Origin: an uncultured Verrucomicrobiales bacterium
Lineage (GTDB): Bacteria > Verrucomicrobiota > Verrucomicrobiia > Verrucomicrobiales > DEV007
Length of the DNA: 29,451 bases
Direction: 5' to 3'
Assembly (NCBI GenBank): GCA_938091905.1
Contig: CALKOM010000190.1
Coordinates: forward strand, 1-29,451
The notes below the pieces were generated by a model that worked only from the letters and a program-made list of their open reading frames with translations, searched no databases and was not told the DNA's origin. Shown piece by piece: positions 18,024-26,857 of the stretch. The position numbers were made by a program, and so were the translations under genes. Position 1 is the first letter of the stretch, and the number at the start of each line of letters is the position of its first letter.

Positions 18024-19097
18024 TCATTCAATCCTTTTAGCCTTACTCTGGGCGACTAGACACAACTCGGCTGCTTTGAAGGTATGCTCCTGAGTCATGG
18101 CTGTTTCGGTGCGATTCATGCTATCCAGGATCATCTGCCCAAAGAATGGGAAGCCAACCTTACCGTTCACTTCGTGGCGTTCCTCTTTCTCGCCATTGAC
18201 CAGAATAAGAACATCCTGCGTAGAGCTGCTTCCAGCATCAGTATACTTTCGGCATTCGATGTAGCCTTCGGTTCCAAGAATGATCGTTCGCCCATCGCCC
18301 CAAGTTGCCAAGGCATCGGGAGTGAACCAGTCCACTCGGAAGTAGTTCGCTGCCCCCGTATTTCCAACCAGGTTGGCCTCGCCGAAGTCCTCCAGTTCTG
18401 GATAAGCTTCCTTATTGTTGTAGTTCGCCACAGCCGCATGCGTTACCTCAGCGTCGGTCGATCCCGTGTAGTAAAGAAACTGCTCAATTTGATGACTTCC
18501 AATATCCGCTAGGATACCACCATACTGCGCTTTCTTGAAAAACCAGTCTGGGCGCTTGTCCGCACTGAGCCGATGTGGCCCTAGACCGATCACCTGGAGC
18601 ACTCGACCAATAACGCCATCGTGAATCAGGTCACCCGCATGCACAGCACATTCCACGTGAAGCCGCTCACTGAAGTAGACCATGTACTTCTGCCCAGTGC
18701 GCCCGACCACCGCCCTTGCTTCGGCTAGCTGATCAAGTGTCGTAAACGGCGTCTTATCCGTAAAGTAATCTTTGCCCGCTTCCATCACGCGAATACCTAA
18801 CGGACCACGATCACTGGGAATAGCAGCCGCAGACACCATTTTTATAGCATCGTCCTCTAAAATCTTCTCTAGCGAATCTACTGGTTTGGCTTGAGGGTAG
18901 GTTTCACAAAAGGCCTCTACCTTCTTTGGGTCTGGATCATAAACCCAGCGCAACTCTCCTCCTGCTTCTAATAAGCCATTTGTTTGACCATAGATGTGCC
19001 CGTGATCGAGCGCAGCGACAGCAAAAGGAAAATCCCCCTTCTCGCAAACAGGCTCTGCCTTGCCTTGTGGCGCGTAATTTAACCCTTCCTTACCCAT
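18024..19097 (-). CDS. Gfo/Idh/MocA-family NAD(P)-dependent oxidoreductase
   Basis: LDHGHI, AGKDYFTDKTP, GPHRL...RPDWFF, GGIL.DIGSHQ and ILGTEGYIE motifs. Confidence 0.9.
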   Translation of the reverse strand: MGKEGLNYAPQGKAEPVCEKGDFPFAVAALDHGHIYGQTNGLLEAGGELRWVYDPDPKKVEAFCETYPQAKPVDSLEKILEDDAIKMVSAAAIPSDRGPLGIRVMEAGKDYFTDKTPFTTLDQLAEARAVVGRTGQKYMVYFSERLHVECAVHAGDLIHDGVIGRVLQVIGLGPHRLSADKRPDWFFKKAQYGGILADIGSHQIEQFLYYTGSTDAEVTHAAVANYNNKEAYPELEDFGEANLVGNTGAANYFRVDWFTPDALATWGDGRTIILGTEGYIECRKYTDAGSSSTQDVLILVNGEKEERHEVNGKVGFPFFGQMILDSMNRTETAMTQEHTFKAAELCLVAQSKAKRIE

Positions 19098-19123
19098 AAC
19101 TGTAATCGTTGCCTATCGGTCCC

Positions 19124-20173
19124 CTATTTCTTCTTGGACTCATCCGCTTTCTTCTTCGCTTCCAAGTTTTGCTTCTGCATTTCTTTGGCGATTCCCTCCA
19201 TGAGCTGTGGTTTAAGCTCAGCAGCCTTCTTTCCAACTGGAGTTTCTGGCCCCATCTCAATGATACTATCCAAGAACGGCATGACATCATCGAGCCGCTT
19301 CAGTTGAAGCAACCCCTGGAGCTTCCAGAATCGCACCTTCTGCTTCTGCTCTTTCGTCTTGGCTTCGGTCTCTACAAACCTATCTAGTTCGGCCATGGCC
19401 TCCTCCCATTTGCTCTCTTTGGCCAGCGCGTCGAGCCTCTTGCGCATCCCAACCGTCTTTTCATAGTAGACCACGTGGCCTAAGCCACCGGCCTCTTCAG
19501 GATCCAGGGCGACGATTTCATGAAACTCTTTCTTGTAGTATCTCAGGACTTGGTTGGGTGATTGCCCCTCTAAGGCCTTGGCTAAATGGGGCACCTTGGC
19601 AGCACCCTCCACTTTTGCAGCTGCAGCCAGAGCGTTATCACGGGAAACCCGAGAGCCTCGTTTCTCGGTAACCATCTTTAAGAAAACCTCACTGGTGTGA
19701 CCTGGCGCCCAGTCAATGGTGGCATAGGGACGCCCATCTGAATCCGCCAAAACAACCATCGGATACTTCCTGATCTCGTAATAGGCGGCGGCCTTTTCAT
19801 TCGTCTCACGCAGAGCGTCTGATTGAATGTTCCTCTTTCGAGGGAAATCCAACCGCACGAGAACAAAGTCTTTCAGTGCCGCATCGATGAAATCCTGTTT
19901 GGTGAAAACGTTCTCTTCCCACGTGATGCTCTGAGGAATCCAATCAGAGGCTGAGAAATTGAGTAAGAGATCTTTGTTAGCTTTGGTAGCCTCTACCTTT
20001 GCTCGGTCTAAGCCAACTAGCCATCCTTCTGGGACATCAGAGAAATCCGTCCGGACACCAGATAGTAACTCATCTGCCGTTTGAGGCTTGTCCTGTGCTT
20101 GTAAGAAAAGGGTTGAGCCAAGCGTGAGGGTAAGGCACACGAAATATCGCGTCGAGTTCATAAGATCAGTCAT
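19124..20173 (-). CDS. Exported thioredoxin-fold protein lacking the CxxC motif, with a helical/TPR-like C-terminus
   Basis: KDLLLNFSASDWIPQS...VF, FVLVRLDFP and YPMVVLADSDGRPYA match the thioredoxin-like pattern; signal peptide; start probably 20173 or 20161. Confidence 0.8.
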   Translation of the reverse strand: MTDLMNSTRYFVCLTLTLGSTLFLQAQDKPQTADELLSGVRTDFSDVPEGWLVGLDRAKVEATKANKDLLLNFSASDWIPQSITWEENVFTKQDFIDAALKDFVLVRLDFPRKRNIQSDALRETNEKAAAYYEIRKYPMVVLADSDGRPYATIDWAPGHTSEVFLKMVTEKRGSRVSRDNALAAAAKVEGAAKVPHLAKALEGQSPNQVLRYYKKEFHEIVALDPEEAGGLGHVVYYEKTVGMRKRLDALAKESKWEEAMAELDRFVETEAKTKEQKQKVRFWKLQGLLQLKRLDDVMPFLDSIIEMGPETPVGKKAAELKPQLMEGIAKEMQKQNLEAKKKADESKKK

Positions 20174-20186
20174 AATGGGTGAACAA

Positions 20187-21185
20187 TTAAGCATTGTAGC
20201 TCGCACTCTCAAAGTCCACGAAGTTACACGCTTGCTTCCGCATCAGGCAGTAGTGGATCCAACGGAAGATATCATCAAAAACAGGGTATTTCGTGATCAG
20301 TTGATTGAGATGATCCCAATCTAACACTTGCCCGATCTTAGCCGAGCCAATCCGATGCAATTGCACGGTATCCCGCAACGCCCGATCAAATTCATCCTCA
20401 GGAAGTTCAAGAATAGCTTCCGGTACGTCCCAGCCTGCAATTTGCTGCTCATTGAGCGAGAAATAGCTCACTCCGACTCCAAACCGATTGCTCAAGCGGC
20501 GCAAATCTTCGATGATGTAATCATCCAAAATCTCCGTCGCCACGACTAGCTCACTGGCATGGGCCCAAGCGCCGTTGCTTAGGGCCTGAAAGAACTCGTG
20601 GCGGTAGTTATCTGCATTTACCGAGACCGTGACCTTGGTGCTCGTAAGATTGAAACTCGGCTGCTCAAGACAAAGCAATTCAGGCACAAGCTTGACGCCT
20701 GATTCAGACAGTTGACCCGAGCGCCAGCTCACAACGACTCCGTCCGGAACCGCCCAACCATAACTCACATCATCTTGCTGCCCCACTTCAGCATCTTCGT
20801 GCCGAACAGGAAACGAGAAGGCCCGGTCTTGGTTTGCATAACGTTCATAGAACGCTTGGAACTTCGCCCAAAGGTGCTCAGGAGACTCCGAACCTCCATC
20901 GGGAAACCCTTCCAACGATTCCTGATGCAGGCGAGGCTGGCGTGGACGTAGCAACTCATGACGGGCCGTCCTCAGAAAATAACCCTGCCCCTGCTCCACC
21001 TTGGCAATCGGTGACGTGGGATCACACGACATGACAGAAAAGTGATAGCGCAACGTCGCGTCACTGTAGCCATGGGAGAGTTTTCGCTTCACCATTTCGA
21101 TCAGCTTGGTCCCCTTGATCGACTCAGCCGGACTTTTAGGAAGCACGTTGGGGAGGATTTCTTTCAGCTGTTCGCGAAGATTCAT
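20187..21185 (-). CDS. HrgA/COG2958-like protein: N-terminal winged-helix plus degenerate restriction-endonuclease-like fold
   Basis: WAVPDGVVV, NYRHEFFQALSNGAWAHASELVVA and LRRLSNRFGVGV resemble COG2958 motifs; N-terminal helical domain ending GYFLR. Confidence 0.6.
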   Translation of the reverse strand: MNLREQLKEILPNVLPKSPAESIKGTKLIEMVKRKLSHGYSDATLRYHFSVMSCDPTSPIAKVEQGQGYFLRTARHELLRPRQPRLHQESLEGFPDGGSESPEHLWAKFQAFYERYANQDRAFSFPVRHEDAEVGQQDDVSYGWAVPDGVVVSWRSGQLSESGVKLVPELLCLEQPSFNLTSTKVTVSVNADNYRHEFFQALSNGAWAHASELVVATEILDDYIIEDLRRLSNRFGVGVSYFSLNEQQIAGWDVPEAILELPEDEFDRALRDTVQLHRIGSAKIGQVLDWDHLNQLITKYPVFDDIFRWIHYCLMRKQACNFVDFESASYNA

Positions 21186-21230
21186 GGAAGGGGTATGAAG
21201 CTAGGAGAATGCGGGGGGACCCGTAGTCCG

Positions 21231-21947
21231 TCAAGTGCCCTTGCCAGGCGTTCGCATCGTTGCGCGGCGTCGCCTCGCCAATAGCCATGCTACCCCAAAG
21301 AGATCCACAATTCCCCGCCAACCTCGATTATGGATACCATACTTACTCTGTCCATGCACACGCGCTCGATGCAGTACCGGCCATTCGTGCAAACCATGCC
21401 CTGCATGCCGAACCATAGCCGGGATGAAGCGATGCATCCCATCGAAGAGAATGAGATCAGCTCGGCAGCTGCTCCGCATCACTTTTAAACCGCAACCCGC
21501 ATCCCTCACGCCATCTCGGAGAATGAGACGACGAACAGCGTTCGCGATTCTGCTCTGCAACCGCTTGCTCCGGCTGTCTTGTCGTTCTGCTCGATAACCA
21601 CAGATGAGATCAATTCCTGGATCCAAGTGATCACAAAGGGTCAAAATAGCCTTCACTTCAAACTGAAGATCCCCATCCAGCGTGGCAATGATCGGTGCTT
21701 GCGCTGCCATGATTCCCGCGTGTAGCGCAACGCTCTGTCCGCGATTATCTGAAAACGTGATGACTCGGAGCCAAGAAAACTCATACCGCGAAAGCTCACT
21801 ACCCGTACCATCAGTGGAACCATCATCGACGAGAATGAGTTCAAAACTGACATCGGAAAGGCCTTTGCCCACCTTTTCTAACAGAGGCGCAACATTACCC
21901 ACTTCGTTAAATAGCGGAATGACGACGGATAGAGCCGGGACCTTCAC
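21231..21947 (-). CDS. GT2 glycosyltransferase (ArnC/polyprenol-phosphate glycosyltransferase-like)
   Basis: SVVIPLFNE, VDDGSTDGT, N.GQS.A, LDGDLQ, DAGCGLK, HRFIP and R..G.SKY; the GTG at 21947 overlaps the upstream TGA. Confidence 0.9.
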   Translation of the reverse strand: MKVPALSVVIPLFNEVGNVAPLLEKVGKGLSDVSFELILVDDGSTDGTGSELSRYEFSWLRVITFSDNRGQSVALHAGIMAAQAPIIATLDGDLQFEVKAILTLCDHLDPGIDLICGYRAERQDSRSKRLQSRIANAVRRLILRDGVRDAGCGLKVMRSSCRADLILFDGMHRFIPAMVRHAGHGLHEWPVLHRARVHGQSKYGIHNRGWRGIVDLFGVAWLLARRRRATMRTPGKGT

Positions 21948-23482
21948 AGCGGCAAGCCTCGATACTGATAAGCGTGATAGAGCGTCCACCCCTGCAACTC
22001 GCGCCTTCTCCGTTTCACCTCCAGCACTGCTGCGAAATCGAGCGCACGGAACGCATTGATGAAATTGCCCGGTAATGTATCAATGGGTTCGCCCTTCCCT
22101 TTTGCTAAATAAAGAGCGCTGTAACCTGCGAAAGGAGACCCTTGAACGGTCCCCGACTGCGCATGGCTGTAATTTGGCCAAAGATCGTAAACAGATTCCC
22201 AGCCAGCAGACTCGACCAAGTGAACCCTTGGAGACGCTTCGCTGGCTCGATAGACTGGCGCTTCCTCCGGCAGATAAAACTCTAGCAATGCCGCTGACGC
22301 TGGACTCTCGGCGACCAGAAACAAACCTTGGGGATGTTGGTCGAGCCCCGCAACTAACATCGCCTCAATAGATTGGGCTGTTTGCGTCCAACCCTCGGCT
22401 AGTCGAGGGGTATCAAGAAACCTCGGCCACGCCCACCCTAGGGTTCTTACGTTCGCCGTATTCACGCCTAGTAGGGCGAGCCCCCCCGTGCTCGCCAAAG
22501 CCCAGAGCCGCCATCTCCCCTTCATATCCAGTGACAGATCCGCGCTAAGCCAAACACTCACCAAGGCAGCGAAACACGGCATCGCGCCAACTAGCCAAAT
22601 CAAGGAGCTCGAACCACTCAGCAAACCCCACACGGCGCCTAACAACAATACGCCTCCTCCTGCAATAAACAGTAAAGCAGTTCCATGCTCACGCTTCCAC
22701 AGTCGCCAGCGCAGCAACGCCCACACCATACCCGCAGCCAAGACAGGTCCACTCCACCAGGCCCAGGCAAGTACATCACCCGCAGCAACGACAGCATGCA
22801 AACCGATGGACTTCGTGAAGAAACGAAGCGACAGCAAGCCATGCCCTGAAGCCATCATGAAGGCAAAAGGGACGAGAAGACCCAGGACTATCAGAATCCA
22901 AATTCCGGGGCGCCACCATTGAGATTCCCATCGTTGCAAAACGAGCAAGCTGACAGACACTGACAGAAGCGAAGCAACCGCAACCGGAAGAGACAACGTT
23001 CCTAAACAACCAAAGGCAAGCCCGGCGCCCCACCACGCCCAGTGCCATCGATGCACGCGGTGAAGTCCGCACCAGAGCCCCCAGATGCCCGCAAGCCAAA
23101 GGAACAATGCCAGGGCAAGATCGATCGCACTCACCCCCGCTACATTCACGATAGGACAGAGCTGGAACACAACCACACTCCAGCGCGCCACCACTTGATG
23201 AAAGACACTTCTCGCTAACAAATACAGCAACCAAGTTGCGAGCAGTATTAACAGAGGATTCCAACACCTTACTCCGAGCAATGTATCTCCCAGCACTATG
23301 GTGCTCAGCCGAATCAACATCGGCTCTAGCGGCCCATGATCTGTAAAAAACCAGTCCAGACGTTGAGACTCCATCCACAGGAGCGCTTCCTCTCCGGTCA
23401 ATTCTATCGATGTTCCGAGAAACCATCGGCATACCGTTAGGATGCCAATTCCGCAAAGAATAAGTCGGTCCACATTCATCAT
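21944..23482 (-). CDS. ArnT/PMT-like (GT-C fold) integral membrane glycosyltransferase
   Basis: EEALLW...LDW...DHGP...LIRLS...GDTLLGVR in the first loop, many TM helices and a periplasmic C-terminal domain; paired with the GT2 gene. Confidence 0.8.
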   Translation of the reverse strand: MMNVDRLILCGIGILTVCRWFLGTSIELTGEEALLWMESQRLDWFFTDHGPLEPMLIRLSTIVLGDTLLGVRCWNPLLILLATWLLYLLARSVFHQVVARWSVVVFQLCPIVNVAGVSAIDLALALFLWLAGIWGLWCGLHRVHRWHWAWWGAGLAFGCLGTLSLPVAVASLLSVSVSLLVLQRWESQWWRPGIWILIVLGLLVPFAFMMASGHGLLSLRFFTKSIGLHAVVAAGDVLAWAWWSGPVLAAGMVWALLRWRLWKREHGTALLFIAGGGVLLLGAVWGLLSGSSSLIWLVGAMPCFAALVSVWLSADLSLDMKGRWRLWALASTGGLALLGVNTANVRTLGWAWPRFLDTPRLAEGWTQTAQSIEAMLVAGLDQHPQGLFLVAESPASAALLEFYLPEEAPVYRASEASPRVHLVESAGWESVYDLWPNYSHAQSGTVQGSPFAGYSALYLAKGKGEPIDTLPGNFINAFRALDFAAVLEVKRRRRELQGWTLYHAYQYRGLPL

Positions 23483-23573
23483 CGCACTCGAAGGAATCGT
23501 GTGTTTTTATGAATAATCATAGCCTCCAAGCCGTCTCTAACCCACGAGGCAGCCAGTCCAGCTCTCTTTTATC

Positions 23574-24275
23574 ATGAACAAGTTTCTACTAATCACCGTG
23601 GCGGTCACCTTGGCAAGTTCGGGTCCGCTGGCGAGGGCAGAAGAGCGCATCAACGCCGAAGAGCTTCTGCGTGCCGTCCGTCACAGTACTGCGCAGAACG
23701 AAGAACTTACCCTAAAAGGACAGCTGCGTGAAGGGCGAAAGAAACACCCGTTCCGCATGACCATTCGGCGGACACAGATTGCTTTCCTCTTCGAAGACAA
23801 GCCTCCGCACACAGTGGTCCTCGATCTTGGTGCTGACCGATTCCGTCTTCGTGAGAACCACAGCAACGGACCCTTTACCGACGTGGCTCCCGGCGACTAC
23901 GGTAAGCCCATTCGCAATTCCGGGGTGAACTACCTCGACATCTCGTTGGCCTATCTTTACTGGCCGGACCCGAAATACATCAAAGAGGATGTCGTCTCGG
24001 AACGCATCACCCACCTTGTCGAAGTCCAGAATCCCAGTGCAACTGGCCCGTACGCAAAGCTCCTCATTTGGATCGATCGGCAGACGGGGGGGCTCATGAG
24101 GATGCAGGGCTACAACAAAGCAGGCAAGCTGACCAAACGCATGCAGGTGATCGAGGTGCAGCGCGTGAAACGCGGAGAAAAAAAGTACTGGGCGCTTGAG
24201 AAGATGCAGATTTACACCCTTGATCCCAAGACTGGCAGGGTACGCTCCCGCACCTACATGGAGTTGGATAAGTAA
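23574..24275 (+). CDS. Outer-membrane lipoprotein-sorting (LolA-like) protein
   Basis: Signal peptide; IRNSGVNYLDI, Y.K..IWID......MR..GYN..GKL.KR and W.LEKM...SRT motifs. Confidence 0.75.
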   Translation: MNKFLLITVAVTLASSGPLARAEERINAEELLRAVRHSTAQNEELTLKGQLREGRKKHPFRMTIRRTQIAFLFEDKPPHTVVLDLGADRFRLRENHSNGPFTDVAPGDYGKPIRNSGVNYLDISLAYLYWPDPKYIKEDVVSERITHLVEVQNPSATGPYAKLLIWIDRQTGGLMRMQGYNKAGKLTKRMQVIEVQRVKRGEKKYWALEKMQIYTLDPKTGRVRSRTYMELDK

Positions 24276-24341
24276 GCTCCCTGTGAATTTCAGTTGAGAT
24301 GCCTAGCTGGCCATGTTTGATCATGGCTTGGCATCGAAATC

Positions 24342-25337
24342 ATGAATGACGCACAAACGGAACAAGTAGAACACGAGATCCAAAAGCACGAGAGCTGGAT
24401 CAGCGCCGTGCGGCAACAGCTGAGCCTCGTCATTGTGGGGCAGCATGCGCTCGTAGATAGGCTTCTTATCGGACTCATTTCCAACGGCCACATCCTCCTT
24501 GAGGGGATGCCAGGCTTAGCTAAGACCCTTGTAGTCAATACTCTAAGCCAATCTCTGCATACAACGTTCAAGAGATTGCAGTTTACCCCAGACCTTCTTC
24601 CAGCTGACCTCGTCGGCACCCTGATCTACAATCCGCGCGAAGCTCAATTTCAGACCCGCCTAGGGCCGCTCTTCGCCAATATCATCTTGGCGGATGAGAT
24701 TAACCGAGCACCAGCTAAAGTTCAGAGCGCCCTGCTCGAGGCCATGCAAGAACGTCAGGTAACCCTAGGCGAGGAAACCTATAAATTACCAGATCCCTTC
24801 CTGGTCATGGCGACCCAGAATCCCTTGGAGCAAGAGGGCACCTATCGGCTACCTGAAGCCCAACTGGATCGCTTTCTTTTCAAACTCGTTGTCGGCTATC
24901 CTTCTCGAGACGAGGAAATCATGATTCAAGAGCGCATGGGAACGACGGCTCCCGATCTCAGCGTGTCGCCGGTGGCTCAGCCAGAGCAAGTCGTCGCAGC
25001 GCGCTCAGTCGTAAACTCAATCTACATCGACACCCGCGTCCGAGAATACATCGTCGACCTCGTCCGAGCCACGCGCAGTCCTGAAGACTATAAATTGAAT
25101 GATCTCAAGGGCTTGATTCGCGTAGGAGCATCTCCCCGAGCCACCATCAGCTTAACGCTTGCTTCTAAGGCCCTCGCGCTGCTTCAGGGACGATCGTTCG
25201 TCACACCGCAAGATGTGAAAGACGTGGGACTCGACGTGCTTCGTCATCGCATCATCACCAGCTTCGAAGCAGAAGCTGAAGAAGTCTCGAGCGAAGCAAT
25301 CGTGACCAAGATCTTCGAAGGCCTTCATGTTCCTTAA
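24342..25337 (+). CDS. moxR: MoxR-family AAA+ ATPase (bat-operon type)
   Basis: HILLEGMPGLAKT, RLQFTPDLLPAD, LADEINRAPAKVQSALLEAMQE, ATQNPLEQEGTYRLPEAQLDRF and GASPRA. Confidence 0.96.
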   Translation: MNDAQTEQVEHEIQKHESWISAVRQQLSLVIVGQHALVDRLLIGLISNGHILLEGMPGLAKTLVVNTLSQSLHTTFKRLQFTPDLLPADLVGTLIYNPREAQFQTRLGPLFANIILADEINRAPAKVQSALLEAMQERQVTLGEETYKLPDPFLVMATQNPLEQEGTYRLPEAQLDRFLFKLVVGYPSRDEEIMIQERMGTTAPDLSVSPVAQPEQVVAARSVVNSIYIDTRVREYIVDLVRATRSPEDYKLNDLKGLIRVGASPRATISLTLASKALALLQGRSFVTPQDVKDVGLDVLRHRIITSFEAEAEEVSSEAIVTKIFEGLHVP

Positions 25338-25345
25338 CTCGACTC

Positions 25346-26359
25346 ATGACGATCGCGCTCATCATCGTAGGTAGCGTTCTCGTCGTGGGATTGGTGGTTC
25401 TCCTAGTCACCCTACTCACGGTGGAGCGCCGCGCCATGGCAGGCACCGCCACGCTCGTCGAATCCACGGGGCGCGGCAACGTGTCTGACGTCCTCAAGCG
25501 GATCCGTCGATTGGAAATTAAAGTGAAGCATCTCGTGGATGAATCATTCGCAGGCTCTTACCACAGTGTGTTCAAGGGCCAAGGCATGAACTTCGAGGAG
25601 GTCCGTGAATATCAACCAGGCGACGAGATTCGTAGCATTGACTGGAATGTGACCGCTCGACTCAGCGAACCCTACGTCAAGGTTTTCACCGAAGAACGCG
25701 AACTCACCCTGGTCTTGGTTGTCGATCTAAGTGCTTCGGGCAACTACGGCAGCGACAACTTTAGCAAACGTGAGATCGCCGCTGAAATCGCTGCTACTCT
25801 AGCATTCAGCGCCATTGGTAACAACGACCGCGTCGCTCTCATCCTCTTTACCGACAAGGTTGAGCTATTCATCCCACCGGGGAAAGGTCGCTCGCATGTG
25901 CTTCGCGTGATTCGCGAGGTCCTCTACTACGATCCCAAATCTCGCAAGACGGACATCTCCATCGCCCTGGCCTATCTCAACAGGGTGATCACACGGCGAT
26001 CGATTGCCTTTCTCATTTCGGACTTTCATGCATCTCCTTTCCATAAGGAACTCGGTTTGTCTTCTCGACGCCACGACCTCACCGCCATCGAAATTCGCGA
26101 CCCGTTAGAACAGGCGCTTCCGAATATCGGTCGCGTGATGCTAGAAGACCAGGAAACTGGCGAACACCTTGAGGTAAACACTTCTAGCAAGGCCTTAAGA
26201 AAGCAATTTGATACCCAGGTAAAGCAACACCAAGAATCCATTGCCAGCCAGTTCCAACTTTGTGGGATAGATCATGTCTCACTCGCCACCACCGATGATT
26301 ACCTCCCAGCCCTTCGGCAATTCTTCGAGCGGCGCGAACGACGATTGACGCACGCATGA
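25346..26359 (+). CDS. DUF58/vWA-like protein with an N-terminal TM extension
   Basis: YHSVFKGQGMNFEEVREYQPGDEIRSIDWNVTAR, DLSAS MIDAS-like motif and LISDF. Confidence 0.93.
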   Translation: MTIALIIVGSVLVVGLVVLLVTLLTVERRAMAGTATLVESTGRGNVSDVLKRIRRLEIKVKHLVDESFAGSYHSVFKGQGMNFEEVREYQPGDEIRSIDWNVTARLSEPYVKVFTEERELTLVLVVDLSASGNYGSDNFSKREIAAEIAATLAFSAIGNNDRVALILFTDKVELFIPPGKGRSHVLRVIREVLYYDPKSRKTDISIALAYLNRVITRRSIAFLISDFHASPFHKELGLSSRRHDLTAIEIRDPLEQALPNIGRVMLEDQETGEHLEVNTSSKALRKQFDTQVKQHQESIASQFQLCGIDHVSLATTDDYLPALRQFFERRERRLTHA

Positions 26360-26853
26360 ACGAGGACGCCCCATCATTGCCTGACATTCTTGATATCGAG
26401 CCTCCATTGGAAGTTCCCCCGGATCCTTTACATTGGAGCTGGTGGGTCCTTGCCGTCGCTGTTCTCTTATTGATCGCCGGGGCAATTGGGTGGTTGATGC
26501 GTCGCCGACAGTTGGCCCAGATTTCAGCCAAAGAAACCGCTCTCACCGACCTATCCAATTTGCGAGCGCGCGCGCCCGAGCTCGATGGCTACCAGTTCGG
26601 CGTGGCTGTATCGGACATCCTTCGCACCTACCTCACCAAAGCCCACAACCTTCGAGCTAGCCAGCAAACCTCACGTGAATTCCTCGAAGAACTTGAACAT
26701 GAGAAGCCGTTTAGTGAAAAGCGTCAGGATCGTCTACGAGAATTTCTCCAAGCCTGTGACTTTCTAAAATACGCTCCCGCCGGCAAGGCGACAGATCCAA
26801 ATCAGGAACTGTTAGATCAAGCTAACTTCTTCATCCGGGAGGACACAGTTTAA
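26356..26853 (+). CDS. DUF4381-like single-TM protein of the bat operon
   Basis: ILDIEPP + TM helix, ILRTYL, QTSREFL and FL..CD.LKYA; ATGA overlap. Confidence 0.75.
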   Translation: MNEDAPSLPDILDIEPPLEVPPDPLHWSWWVLAVAVLLLIAGAIGWLMRRRQLAQISAKETALTDLSNLRARAPELDGYQFGVAVSDILRTYLTKAHNLRASQQTSREFLEELEHEKPFSEKRQDRLREFLQACDFLKYAPAGKATDPNQELLDQANFFIREDTV

Positions 26854-26857
26854 CGAA

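Noticed and set aside
22776..23456. 226-aa alternative-frame ORF, and other overlapping ORFs such as 10535-11134 and 3240-3779
   Set aside because: They lie within or largely overlap well-supported genes and show no recognisable motifs; treated as shadow ORFs.
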